This document shows positions 9,633 through 18,520 of a DNA stretch of 64,000 nucleotides, in pieces. The first letter of the stretch is position 1; every line of letters begins with the position of its first letter. The notes under the pieces are model-generated. The model had not been told where the DNA came from, did no database searches, and saw nothing but the letters and a program-made list of their open reading frames with translations. The position numbers were made by a program, and so were the translations under genes. The stretch is from a virus (taxonomy: Duplodnaviria; Caudoviricetes), in the IMG/VR virus record IMGVR_UViG_3300010429_001883, positions 64,001 through 128,000 of that record. One strand, given 5' to 3'.

Positions 9633-12600
9633 AGATGTAAAAGATATTTCAATTGATGAATATTTTAAAGGGAATGCCTTTTCTGTAAACACGTTTAGGG
9701 ATAAATATGCGTACAAGAAACAAGATGGAGTTAAAGAAACTGTCGCTGAAGTCTTCTGGCGTGTTTGCACTAAAATAGCTGAGATGGAAGAAACAGAGGA
9801 GTTAAAGGAGTACTGGAGTAGAAGATGGTTTGATGAAATTTGGAACGATTGGTGGCGTCCTGGTGGGAGCATAATCGCTGGAACTGTTGATACTAAAAAG
9901 GTTAGCACAAGCAACTGTTTTAGCGCTGATACTGAGTTTATAACATCTACCGGAACCCGTGCGTTTTCAGAATACAGTGATGGTGACCATGTGGATGTTC
10001 TTACTTCAGACGGTGGGTTTAGGTCCGCTACTGTTAGATGTTTTGGTAAAGACAAGCTTTACAAAGTGAACTTGTCTAGGAATGGACACCATAAATATGT
10101 ATATGCAACAGGAAATCACAATTGGAGGGTTTCAGGCAAGGACCCTGTTATTCAACTTGTTGATACGTTATCTTTACTCCCAGGAGACAAACTGCCTTAT
10201 ATTAAGAGAAAGTGGATGCCTTCAGCTAATGGGTCTAGGTATTTCTGTCCGCTGGGTTTAATTCATGGTTTGGTTTTTGGTGACGGATATTATAATAAGA
10301 ATACAGATGTTTGTAATTTAGATCTTTGTGGTGATTCTGTTGGTTTGGTTGATCTATTCCAAGGCTTTGGATGGCACATTGGTAAGAGCAGTAATACTGA
10401 CAGGATACGTATCTACGGTTTGCCAAATTACATGAAAAGATTCCCGGATGTTGCTGTTAATGAAGAGTATTTGTTGGGATTTTTGATTGGTTGGTTTACT
10501 GCGGATGGTACGGTATCTAATCTTGGGATAGCGGAGATATCATCAGCAAGGCTAGAAAATATTTTTAAATTTAAACACTTAGGAGAGCGTGTTGGCATCT
10601 ATACATCAACACCCAGGCTCTTAAGGGATGAATCACCATTTACTGGAGATAAAACTCAGAAACTGTACTCAGCCTATATTATTAAAGATTGCCTATTTGA
10701 TTCGTTTTTTGTTAAAGAGTCGCACCGTTTAAAGTATAATACATATAAAACTAATGCCAAAAACATATCTAAACATCGATCTAATTGGAAAGTTGAATCA
10801 GTAGAAGAGACTTCTAGGTTTGAGGACGTGTGGTGTGTAGATGTTCCGGAAGTTCATGAATTTGTTTTATCTGATGGCGTTGGGACACACAACTGTACCA
10901 CGACTTCTGTCAATGGCGATAACTTAGAGGAGATATTTCAGACAGGGTTTAGATTGGCAAAAAACTGTGCATATAGGCAGGGCATTGGCATTGACCTTAG
11001 CCCTATCCGCCCAAGAGGAACCAAGATTAATAACTCCGCAGAAGTATCTATAGGTGCCGTACACTGGGGTAAGTTCTATGATAATATTGCTAATTATGTT
11101 GGTCAGGCCGGCAGAATACCAGCTATTTTATTGAGCCTAAAAGTTGATCACCCAGATATTGAAGAGTTTATTAAATCTAAATCAGATCTACACTCAGTTC
11201 AAAATGCTAACATATCGGTGCAAATAACCGATGCCTTTATGGAAGCTGTAGAAAAAGACAAAGATTGGTTACTAAGTTATGAAGTAAAAGATACTGGGGA
11301 GAAACTAGAAAAGACTGTTAAGGCAAGAGATTTAATGCATCTCATTGCTGAAAGGGCTTGCAACTTTGGTGAACCTGGCATTCAGTTGATAGATACAATA
11401 CAAAGAGATGTTAATACATCTTATGTAAAGGACCCAACAACTGGCAAGAATTTTGTTCCTATCTCTAGCAATGCTTGTTCTCTGGCAGGTGACACCGAAA
11501 TGCTTGGTACGTGGGGAGGGCAGACAGGATATAGAACAATTAAAGAACTTGCTGAAACCAATAACGCGATGCATGAGCTATATAATCCGGCAACAGGTTC
11601 ATTTCATTTGTGCCGCGTATATAAGTCTGGCGTGGCAGATAATCTTGTGGAGCTAACTATACAAGAGGTCGATGGGGATAGGAACTCTAAGATTAAATGT
11701 ACTGATAATCATGTATTTCTTTGTGATGACGGCGAACAAGTCCAGGCTCGAGACTTGTGCGGTCGTTTACTCCGTAGTTTTAGCTTAGTCGGGCAATTAC
11801 TTAATAGTTATAGTGGCACGGGGGGCGTCAAAGTAATTAATGTTGATTCTTTATCTGCCTCTGAGGATGTTTATGATTTTACCATGCCAGAGGAGGTTGC
11901 GCCTTGGCCGTGGGGCGTTGCTAATGGAGTATGGACACACAACTCTGAAAAACTAATGTATCCAGATTCTACTTGTGTGCTTGCTAGCATTAATGTTGGC
12001 AGGTTTTCAACTGCAAAGAGTAACAAAAATTTATATCAAGAGATATGTACTATTGGTGAAAGTATAACAAGATTTTTGGATAATGTAGTTACCTATGAGT
12101 TAAGACTTAATAAATCACCGATACCAGAACAAAAGTATGTAGTTGAGATGTTGCGGGAAATTGGCGTTGGTATCACTAATCTTCATGGCTGGCTTTTGAA
12201 TATGGGGCTATGTTATGATTCAGATGAAGCTAAGGAAGTTACTGAAAAATTTGTAAATAAGCTAGCATATGTTTGTTACAAAACTTCTATTGATTTGGGA
12301 AAGGAGAAGGGTAACTTCGGGGCGTTTAACGGAAAAGATTATAGAAAATCGCCGTATATAAAAAGATTAATGGGTGCTTTTCCTGACTTGAAGTTTAAGA
12401 CTATGCGAAATTCTATGGTTTTGTCTATTGCTCCGACAGGATCTTTATCTTTAACATTTGCTAAAACTCCAATATCTACTGGAATTGAACCTGCGCCCGG
12501 TTTCTATTATTGGAAAAGATCACGTACTTCGGGTTATTGGAGATGGTATTTTGTTGTTCCCACAGCTGTTCAGGAATATTTGAAAGATAAATATGGCTTA

Positions 12601-13500
12601 AGCTTTGAGTGGGAAACTATAGAAGATCCAGACGGTAAAATTGGACTTGCAACAATAGATTTGATTGAATCAAGGTTGGGTGATTTTAAAAATTTGTTTA
12701 AACCGGCGCATTTAATTGATCCACTAAAAAAGGTAGATTTAATGGCTGCTGTTGCTAAGTGGATTGATAGTTCTATTTCCACAACTTACAATATGCCTGA
12801 GACTGCAACTCCAGAGTTGGTTGAAGAAATTTATAAAAAAGCCTGGAAACTTGGTATTAAGTCTGTTGCTGTATATCGAGATAAATCTAGGCAGGGTGTA
12901 ATTGAATTTGATCCGCCGCCGATTGTTGAGAAAAGATTTGCTAGTAAACAAAAGCAAGAAAGGCCGGCCACAATTGAAAGACATTTTGCACCAAAAAGAC
13001 CAGCTGAATTGCCTTGTGATATATACAACGTAACTGTTAGTGGAACTAAGTGGGTGGTTATTGTTGGTCTTTTAGGCAAAGAGCCGTTTGAGGTTTTTGC
13101 TGGCAAGAGTGAAGATATAACTATTCCAAATAAATTTAAGAGTGGTATAATTAGGCGACGTGGTAAGGGAACATACGATTTAGTTATACCACTGGATGAC
13201 GATGAATTAGTATTTAGAGACATAGTTAATCTATTTAAGAACGATACATATACAGATACAACACGACTAATTAGTTTGTGTTTGCGAAGCGGTGCCCACA
13301 TGCAGTTTGTAACAGAACAGTTGTCTAAAGCCAGTAATTCTATAACTGATTTTTCTGCTGCCGTTGCTAGAGTATTAAAGAAGTACTCTGAGGAAATTGT
13401 TGGGCGTGAATTTAAATGTCCCAATTGTGGTGGAACTGAAGTAGACAATTCTTCTGGTTGTAATGTTTGTAAATCTTGTGGCTGGAGCCGATGTGAATAA
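9619..13500 (+). CDS. nrdJ: Class II (adenosylcobalamin-dependent) ribonucleotide reductase with two inteins
   Basis: SNC, GIGIDLSPIRPRG, NANISV, GEPG, NxCxE (split by intein), CVLASIN, SIAPTGS, GIEP, SISTTYN, GIKSVAVYR; C-terminal CPNCG...CKSCGWSRC; no nrdB in window. Confidence 0.9.
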   Translation: MIRFEDVKDISIDEYFKGNAFSVNTFRDKYAYKKQDGVKETVAEVFWRVCTKIAEMEETEELKEYWSRRWFDEIWNDWWRPGGSIIAGTVDTKKVSTSNCFSADTEFITSTGTRAFSEYSDGDHVDVLTSDGGFRSATVRCFGKDKLYKVNLSRNGHHKYVYATGNHNWRVSGKDPVIQLVDTLSLLPGDKLPYIKRKWMPSANGSRYFCPLGLIHGLVFGDGYYNKNTDVCNLDLCGDSVGLVDLFQGFGWHIGKSSNTDRIRIYGLPNYMKRFPDVAVNEEYLLGFLIGWFTADGTVSNLGIAEISSARLENIFKFKHLGERVGIYTSTPRLLRDESPFTGDKTQKLYSAYIIKDCLFDSFFVKESHRLKYNTYKTNAKNISKHRSNWKVESVEETSRFEDVWCVDVPEVHEFVLSDGVGTHNCTTTSVNGDNLEEIFQTGFRLAKNCAYRQGIGIDLSPIRPRGTKINNSAEVSIGAVHWGKFYDNIANYVGQAGRIPAILLSLKVDHPDIEEFIKSKSDLHSVQNANISVQITDAFMEAVEKDKDWLLSYEVKDTGEKLEKTVKARDLMHLIAERACNFGEPGIQLIDTIQRDVNTSYVKDPTTGKNFVPISSNACSLAGDTEMLGTWGGQTGYRTIKELAETNNAMHELYNPATGSFHLCRVYKSGVADNLVELTIQEVDGDRNSKIKCTDNHVFLCDDGEQVQARDLCGRLLRSFSLVGQLLNSYSGTGGVKVINVDSLSASEDVYDFTMPEEVAPWPWGVANGVWTHNSEKLMYPDSTCVLASINVGRFSTAKSNKNLYQEICTIGESITRFLDNVVTYELRLNKSPIPEQKYVVEMLREIGVGITNLHGWLLNMGLCYDSDEAKEVTEKFVNKLAYVCYKTSIDLGKEKGNFGAFNGKDYRKSPYIKRLMGAFPDLKFKTMRNSMVLSIAPTGSLSLTFAKTPISTGIEPAPGFYYWKRSRTSGYWRWYFVVPTAVQEYLKDKYGLSFEWETIEDPDGKIGLATIDLIESRLGDFKNLFKPAHLIDPLKKVDLMAAVAKWIDSSISTTYNMPETATPELVEEIYKKAWKLGIKSVAVYRDKSRQGVIEFDPPPIVEKRFASKQKQERPATIERHFAPKRPAELPCDIYNVTVSGTKWVVIVGLLGKEPFEVFAGKSEDITIPNKFKSGIIRRRGKGTYDLVIPLDDDELVFRDIVNLFKNDTYTDTTRLISLCLRSGAHMQFVTEQLSKASNSITDFSAAVARVLKKYSEEIVGREFKCPNCGGTEVDNSSGCNVCKSCGWSRCE
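9916..10893 (+). mobile_element. Intein with LAGLIDADG homing endonuclease (326 aa)
   Basis: CFSADT...ATGNH...GLVFGDG...GWFTADG...VWCVDV...GTHN followed by Cys extein. Confidence 0.92.
11479..11943 (+). mobile_element. Mini-intein (155 aa), Ser-initiated, no endonuclease
   Basis: SLAGDT...CTDNH...VYDF...ANGVWTHN followed by Ser; removal restores NAC-SE. Confidence 0.85.
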
Positions 13501-14475
13501 ATGTTAGTACCGGCCGATAACTTAGTTTTTAGTTATGACCAACAATCAGAATACAGAAATGTTGGTGAACACGCATTACTTTATACTTTGAAGTTAGTTA
13601 ATGGACCAACTGTAACGATTTGTAAGGGAAGCGGCCTTTGTGTTCCAGAAGGCGGAAAACTAGTTGTTAAAGACATAGTTGATATAGATTTAAATAAAAT
13701 TAAACATATTGCTGTAGACCACAGTGTACCACACAGCGGTAAAATAACAAGTAGAAGCAAGTTAGTTGGTTACCTTGTAGCCTGTGGTGAGTTGACGGCT
13801 GCTGGCGCTACTTTTACAATACCCAAAGAATACTACAATGAAGTTAATAGGAATCTAATTAATATCTTTAAGCACCTTGCTGTGACTGTTGAATATAGGC
13901 GAGCGAAGGAAAACGGTTCTTATAAAATACTAATTGATCCGTCAATTATTGATACGCTTATTTCTTTAAAGAAAGAAATTCTATGTTTAGCTAGTAATGA
14001 ATTTCCTGGACTTCTTAAAGGGATTATGGAAGTTGTTCCTAAGAAAGTTGATAAGAAAAAGAAGAGGCTAGAAATTTATCCTACTAGAGAAGAAACATTC
14101 AAATACTTGCCGGCATTGTTGCTTGGAATGGGTGTTTATCCTTTTGTGTATAGTGATAAGATTGTGATTTCTCACGCCGATTCTCAAGAAAATCTGGAAG
14201 TTCTTGGTAACATTACATTTGATAAGTACGGAGAATCCGAGTATCTATGGCCTATTCCTGTGCTAGTTGGGGATGAGGAGATTTATTTAAAGAAATCTGA
14301 ATTTATGCGGTTATTGTCAAAGCACGCCCCCAACAAACTTAATTTATTTAATAATTATTTCTTTTATAAGATATCCGATATTTCGTTCAGCGGGTATACA
14401 AATAACACATTAGAAGTAACAAATGAGAAAGTAATGTCAGATGGAATTACACTCTATAACATATCAAAAAGCTAA
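13501..14475 (+). CDS. Free-standing degenerate intein-like (Hint + LAGLIDADG) protein
   Basis: LVPADNLV; YTLKLVNGPTVTI; LVGYLVACG; LLLGMGV; KISDISFSG...DGITLYN; catalytic residues missing. Confidence 0.6.
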   Translation: MLVPADNLVFSYDQQSEYRNVGEHALLYTLKLVNGPTVTICKGSGLCVPEGGKLVVKDIVDIDLNKIKHIAVDHSVPHSGKITSRSKLVGYLVACGELTAAGATFTIPKEYYNEVNRNLINIFKHLAVTVEYRRAKENGSYKILIDPSIIDTLISLKKEILCLASNEFPGLLKGIMEVVPKKVDKKKKRLEIYPTREETFKYLPALLLGMGVYPFVYSDKIVISHADSQENLEVLGNITFDKYGESEYLWPIPVLVGDEEIYLKKSEFMRLLSKHAPNKLNLFNNYFFYKISDISFSGYTNNTLEVTNEKVMSDGITLYNISKS

Positions 14476-15337
14476 AGACCTGCTTGTAGCTGGTCATCTG
14501 GCCGGGACTTTAACTTATGATAAAAAGTCTATCAATGGACATCTATATAAAATTAGAAACAATTCTTTATTGTTAAATTTTAATCACCGCCGTGTGTTGG
14601 CTCTTAGTACTCTTGCTTCTAAAGCTGATTTTATTAAAGAAACAACTCTAGGCAGCTTAGTTGATCTTTTGGTGGAACCTATAACAGATGAAATGGCTGT
14701 AGCCAACATAAATTTGGCAGTGCTTCATTATGCATATATGGAGATAGGCACTTTTAAGAAAGACATAATATTTATTTTAAAGAACATTGACACAAGATTT
14801 TTACCTACACTCAAGGCCACTATAGATGCACTAGGTATTTATTCTGTTATAAATAGAACAGGCAATAGAACAATTGTTCGTGTTTTCAGAGAGGATTCCA
14901 AAGATATATTTTTTAATACCATGCAATCTAATATGTTCTTTCAATATAAGAATAACAAACACGCGGCTTTGGCATTTGATTTAAGTGATTACGATAAGGT
15001 ACTTAGGTATCTTAATGATGTTAAACATTCTTTTATTTTACACCATGTATATAATAAAACATTTTGGTCTTTTAAGTGTCTAGGTATTTCATTTAATTTA
15101 TTTCCTAAGTTAAATGTTGTTACGGACATGGAGGCCGAAAAGGCCCTTTTAACGGCACTGGTAAAGAATAGTCCCACGTGTGCTGTTGGTGTAATATCTG
15201 AGCCAATTATAAATCTTTGTAGAGAGTTTAATGTTAAAATAATATCATTTACACCAAGTGTAACTAGTGACTATATGATACCGTTTGAGTCTCATGAACT
15301 TGCAGTAAACAAGTTGAAGGAGTTTTTGTATGCGTAA
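14441..15337 (+). CDS. Degenerate LAGLIDADG-like protein
   Basis: FLPTLKATIDALGIYSVI...IVRVFREDSKDIFF resembles second LAGLIDADG domain; no acidic catalytic motif. Confidence 0.4.
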   Translation: MELHSITYQKAKDLLVAGHLAGTLTYDKKSINGHLYKIRNNSLLLNFNHRRVLALSTLASKADFIKETTLGSLVDLLVEPITDEMAVANINLAVLHYAYMEIGTFKKDIIFILKNIDTRFLPTLKATIDALGIYSVINRTGNRTIVRVFREDSKDIFFNTMQSNMFFQYKNNKHAALAFDLSDYDKVLRYLNDVKHSFILHHVYNKTFWSFKCLGISFNLFPKLNVVTDMEAEKALLTALVKNSPTCAVGVISEPIINLCREFNVKIISFTPSVTSDYMIPFESHELAVNKLKEFLYA

Positions 15338-15731
15338 AAAGAAATCTAAAGTAGATTGGCATAAGGTTGGTCGGAAGTCTAAGACAAAGGGCAATTCATA
15401 CGAACGGCTTATTGCTAAGATCTTTAGTGAGTATTTTAATGAAGAATTCATACGAACTCCTTCTAGTGGGGGTATGGATCTTAAAGGGGACATCTGCTTT
15501 AAAGAGTTTTATAAAAAGAGAATGCCGGTTCTTATTGATACTAAGGATCAAAAAACACTTCTTGGTGCTAGAATGAAGCAAGAACTTCTAAAGGCAAGAC
15601 AAGATGCAGATTATTCTAAAGTTGGGGATAGATACTTTTTGGTAGTACACGAACCTGGGACATCTAACCACTTTGCGATGTTGCCGTTAGATTTCCTTCT
15701 TGAACTACTTAAGAAATCTTCTATTTTTTGA
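15330..15731 (+). CDS. Hjc-like Holliday junction resolvase
   Basis: SKTKGNSYERLIA...RTPSSGG...GDI...IDTK. Confidence 0.75.
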   Translation: MRKKKSKVDWHKVGRKSKTKGNSYERLIAKIFSEYFNEEFIRTPSSGGMDLKGDICFKEFYKKRMPVLIDTKDQKTLLGARMKQELLKARQDADYSKVGDRYFLVVHEPGTSNHFAMLPLDFLLELLKKSSIF

Positions 15732-15732
15732 T

Positions 15733-15740
15733 TATACTAT
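15733..15740 (+). promoter_or_regulatory. YATACTAT motif, putative late promoter
   Basis: TATACTAT in 25-bp gap ahead of GGAGG and GTG 15757. Confidence 0.55.
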
Positions 15741-15756
15741 AACATGGAGGTAGAGT

Positions 15757-16308
15757 GTGAATCTAGAGTCAGAGGTAGGTCCAGTGGTTTCGACAGGTGG
15801 AATGAAGTATGTGGGGCCGTTTGAGTTATCAAAGGCTAACTCAACTGATCTTTGTTATGACTTATATGCTGCTAGTATTTATGCGATAGAGAGTTTACTC
15901 TCTGGGGCAATGACAACGAAAGAGAACCTAACATGTTTTGATTCAAAGGACTTAGAAACATCTAATTTTGAATTTCCATTTGTCCTTAAACCACACACCA
16001 GGGTTTGCATAGATACAGAAACTGTTATTGAATTTACAGAAGAAGTGGGTGCGATTATTGGCCCTAGAAGTGGTTTGGCTTTTATGTATGGGATTGATGT
16101 ACTGGCTGGCATTATTGACCCTGGGTATAGAAACTCAATTAGAGTTATTTTGATAAATCATGGGGAACAGCCATTTACAATTAATCGTGGTGATAGAATA
16201 GCCCAGCTAAGATTAGTTCCAGCTTATCCGTATGGACTAATAAAGGCTAAAGAAATTAATCTTAAAACGGATAGAGGTACTAAGGGTTTTGGTTCAAGTG
16301 GGGTTTAA
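15757..16308 (+). CDS. dut: Trimeric dUTPase
   Basis: YDL, PRSGLA, GIIDPGYR, GDRIAQL, RGTKGFGSSG. Confidence 0.93.
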   Translation: MNLESEVGPVVSTGGMKYVGPFELSKANSTDLCYDLYAASIYAIESLLSGAMTTKENLTCFDSKDLETSNFEFPFVLKPHTRVCIDTETVIEFTEEVGAIIGPRSGLAFMYGIDVLAGIIDPGYRNSIRVILINHGEQPFTINRGDRIAQLRLVPAYPYGLIKAKEINLKTDRGTKGFGSSGV

Positions 16309-17039
16309 TGTCTAAAGGTAAAAAGAGCGTCACATCTTTATTGAAGTATCATAAAGATCTGGAGGGCGGATTACGTACAGAATCCGCCCAAAAATATTTT
16401 AATAAGATGCTTGAAGAAGTTCAAGAGGACTATAGCAATATTGAATTGACCGATGCTGAAAAGGATCAATTACAGAAAGATCTTTTTTTGCTTAAGTATG
16501 GTCATGGTGTTTTTGAACCTAAGAAATGTGATAAAAACTGTACATGTAGTTTAAAAGAAATGGGCAAGGCGCCCGAAGGCAAGCCCTGCCCATTTGAAAT
16601 AGCATTTATAGGTGACCGTTTTAAATTCTGGGCTGAAACATTCCAGCAAAACGAAATAGATGTAGAAAACCCTCTTTATCAAACTTATATATCAGAATTG
16701 GCTTATTTAGATAATCTTATTCATCGTTGCGCGCAAGCACTTGCTACAACATACCAAACGCCCATAGTTGAGTCAGTTTCCGGAGTAACAAAATCAGGAG
16801 ACGTGTTAATAGAACTAATTGAAAATCCAGTAATAGGAGTTATGGATAAATTGGAAGCCAGAAAGAATAAACTCCTTAATGATTTAGTATTAACGCCACG
16901 AGAAAGCTATAAGCGTAAAGTAGCTTTAAAAATAAAAACACAAGATGACTATGCTTCTATCCAAGCAGCTAAACGTGTAATTGAGATTTCACCTGACCAT
17001 TTGATGGAAGCACCAGACCACTTGTCTGATGATGAATAG
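16308..17039 (+). CDS. Probable terminase small subunit
   Basis: ENPVIGVMDKLEARKNKLLNDLVLTPRES resembles P27-type TerS motif; Cys cluster; lies upstream of TerL. Confidence 0.5.
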   Translation: MSKGKKSVTSLLKYHKDLEGGLRTESAQKYFNKMLEEVQEDYSNIELTDAEKDQLQKDLFLLKYGHGVFEPKKCDKNCTCSLKEMGKAPEGKPCPFEIAFIGDRFKFWAETFQQNEIDVENPLYQTYISELAYLDNLIHRCAQALATTYQTPIVESVSGVTKSGDVLIELIENPVIGVMDKLEARKNKLLNDLVLTPRESYKRKVALKIKTQDDYASIQAAKRVIEISPDHLMEAPDHLSDDE

Positions 17040-17050
17040 GAGGCACAGAT

Positions 17051-18019
17051 ATGGCAATACCTACACAGGCTGTTAAAATGGGGTTAAAGGGATTATGGGA
17101 AGGTATGCAGGGGGGATTAGCTAAATTTGGTTCTAATGTTGCAGAAGCATGGAAAACAAGGGGTATGTCTAACCTTGTTGTAGAGAATGCATTAACAGAA
17201 CAACACTACGCTGCCAGTGCTGCTGTTAGAATGAATCCAGTAATGCCAACAGGAGACGATGCCACCCGAAAAGCAATCGCTAAAAATATACGCAGACTAA
17301 GAGAAAAAATGCGTTCAGGTGACATAAGTGAAGACGCAAAAAGTAATCTAGAATTAGCTGTGAAAGGCCTTAGGGGACACACGGTTGCTCCGCTGCAGAA
17401 ACAGCGTAATGCACCACGAGCAGGTTTTGCTGCCACTAGGAAACAAGTAAAAGAAGGAGTTGCAGCAGGGAAAAATTTTTTAGAGATGGCAAAATCTGGG
17501 GAACTAGAACGTCAATATTATTCTCGAGCCTATTTTGCTAAAGGAATTAATCGTACTCTTTCTTTAGCATCAACTGGGGCTATAGCTGGTGGGGCAAAAG
17601 GTGCATACGATTCTACGTTAGGTCCAGATTCTGAAAGTAAAGGATTTATTGGTTCTACTCTTGGTGGGGCATTAAAAGGTGCATTTATTGGTGCCGGTGC
17701 TGGTGCAGGATTTCATCTAGCTCGTGGAGCTAAAATCAAGCAATTTGGTGCTGCTGGACTAAAATCAAACGCAGCTGTTAAAAGAGTAGGACTAAAGGAG
17801 GCAATGGCGTCCGATCTAACAAAGATGAACTTGCCAGATAATCTTTCAGATTTTGCCAAGTCTGTTGAAATAAGGCATCGCGTGGCGAAACAATTCGGAG
17901 TAAGTACAAGAAAGTGTAATGAAGCACTAAATTCCAAAACCCCAGACTTCCGAAAAGCAAAACCAGCCAAAGTTTCTAAAATTCCAAGAAAAAGAATCAA
18001 TTTTGCCAACAAAGGATAA
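17051..18019 (+). CDS. Basic Gly/Ala-rich hypothetical protein with glycine-zipper-like segment
   Basis: GAIAGGAKG...GGALKGAFIGAGAGAG; SD AGGAGG. Confidence 0.55.
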   Translation: MAIPTQAVKMGLKGLWEGMQGGLAKFGSNVAEAWKTRGMSNLVVENALTEQHYAASAAVRMNPVMPTGDDATRKAIAKNIRRLREKMRSGDISEDAKSNLELAVKGLRGHTVAPLQKQRNAPRAGFAATRKQVKEGVAAGKNFLEMAKSGELERQYYSRAYFAKGINRTLSLASTGAIAGGAKGAYDSTLGPDSESKGFIGSTLGGALKGAFIGAGAGAGFHLARGAKIKQFGAAGLKSNAAVKRVGLKEAMASDLTKMNLPDNLSDFAKSVEIRHRVAKQFGVSTRKCNEALNSKTPDFRKAKPAKVSKIPRKRINFANKG

Positions 18020-18058
18020 TATGCCGTTTCAGCAAGCAAATGATAGGTATTAATATAA

Positions 18059-18520
18059 ATGGCAATAGTAGAACAAGCAACAAAAATGGCTGCCAAAAAA
18101 GCCCCCAAAATGTTAGGAGGGGGTGTTTCTAAATTATCCATGGCTGGGTATGCTGTAGCTCCTCTCTTTTCTTTGTGGGGGCTACATACTGCATGGACTT
18201 CTCATGAAATGACTTCCATGAAAATTTTAGATGTTGCTGGAACAGCTATAACAGAGCCTTTAACCTATATTCCATTTGTTGGTATACCAATAGCGTTTGG
18301 CGTACAATTGCCTTTTAGTATTGGTGTATCGATATTAGAATCTATAGCTCAAAATGCCGGATCTCAGAATCAATTTAAAACATCTCCAATGGTTTATAAT
18401 AACAAAGTAGCTCAATCCATTTCCAGAGCTACATCAAAGATGGGCGCACTGGCTGGAACTAGCATGTCTTCACAAAACCGTGCATATGGTTTGCACAGAA
18501 AATATGGACTTAGTTTATAA
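18059..18520 (+). CDS. Hypothetical hydrophobic/membrane protein
   Basis: Hydrophobic stretches (IPFVGIPIAFGVQLPFSIGV). Confidence 0.55.
   Translation: MAIVEQATKMAAKKAPKMLGGGVSKLSMAGYAVAPLFSLWGLHTAWTSHEMTSMKILDVAGTAITEPLTYIPFVGIPIAFGVQLPFSIGVSILESIAQNAGSQNQFKTSPMVYNNKVAQSISRATSKMGALAGTSMSSQNRAYGLHRKYGLSL

Noticed and set aside
11476-11943. Intein 2 starting at Cys (CSLAGDT)
   Set aside because: Would remove the essential NxCxE cysteine; SLAGDT itself fits block A spacing
1-16308. Bacterial chromosome (recA, clpP, rnh, nrdJ, dut)
   Set aside because: Genes are divergent, co-oriented and contiguous with a complete virion module and share its intergenic motif; best read as phage-encoded
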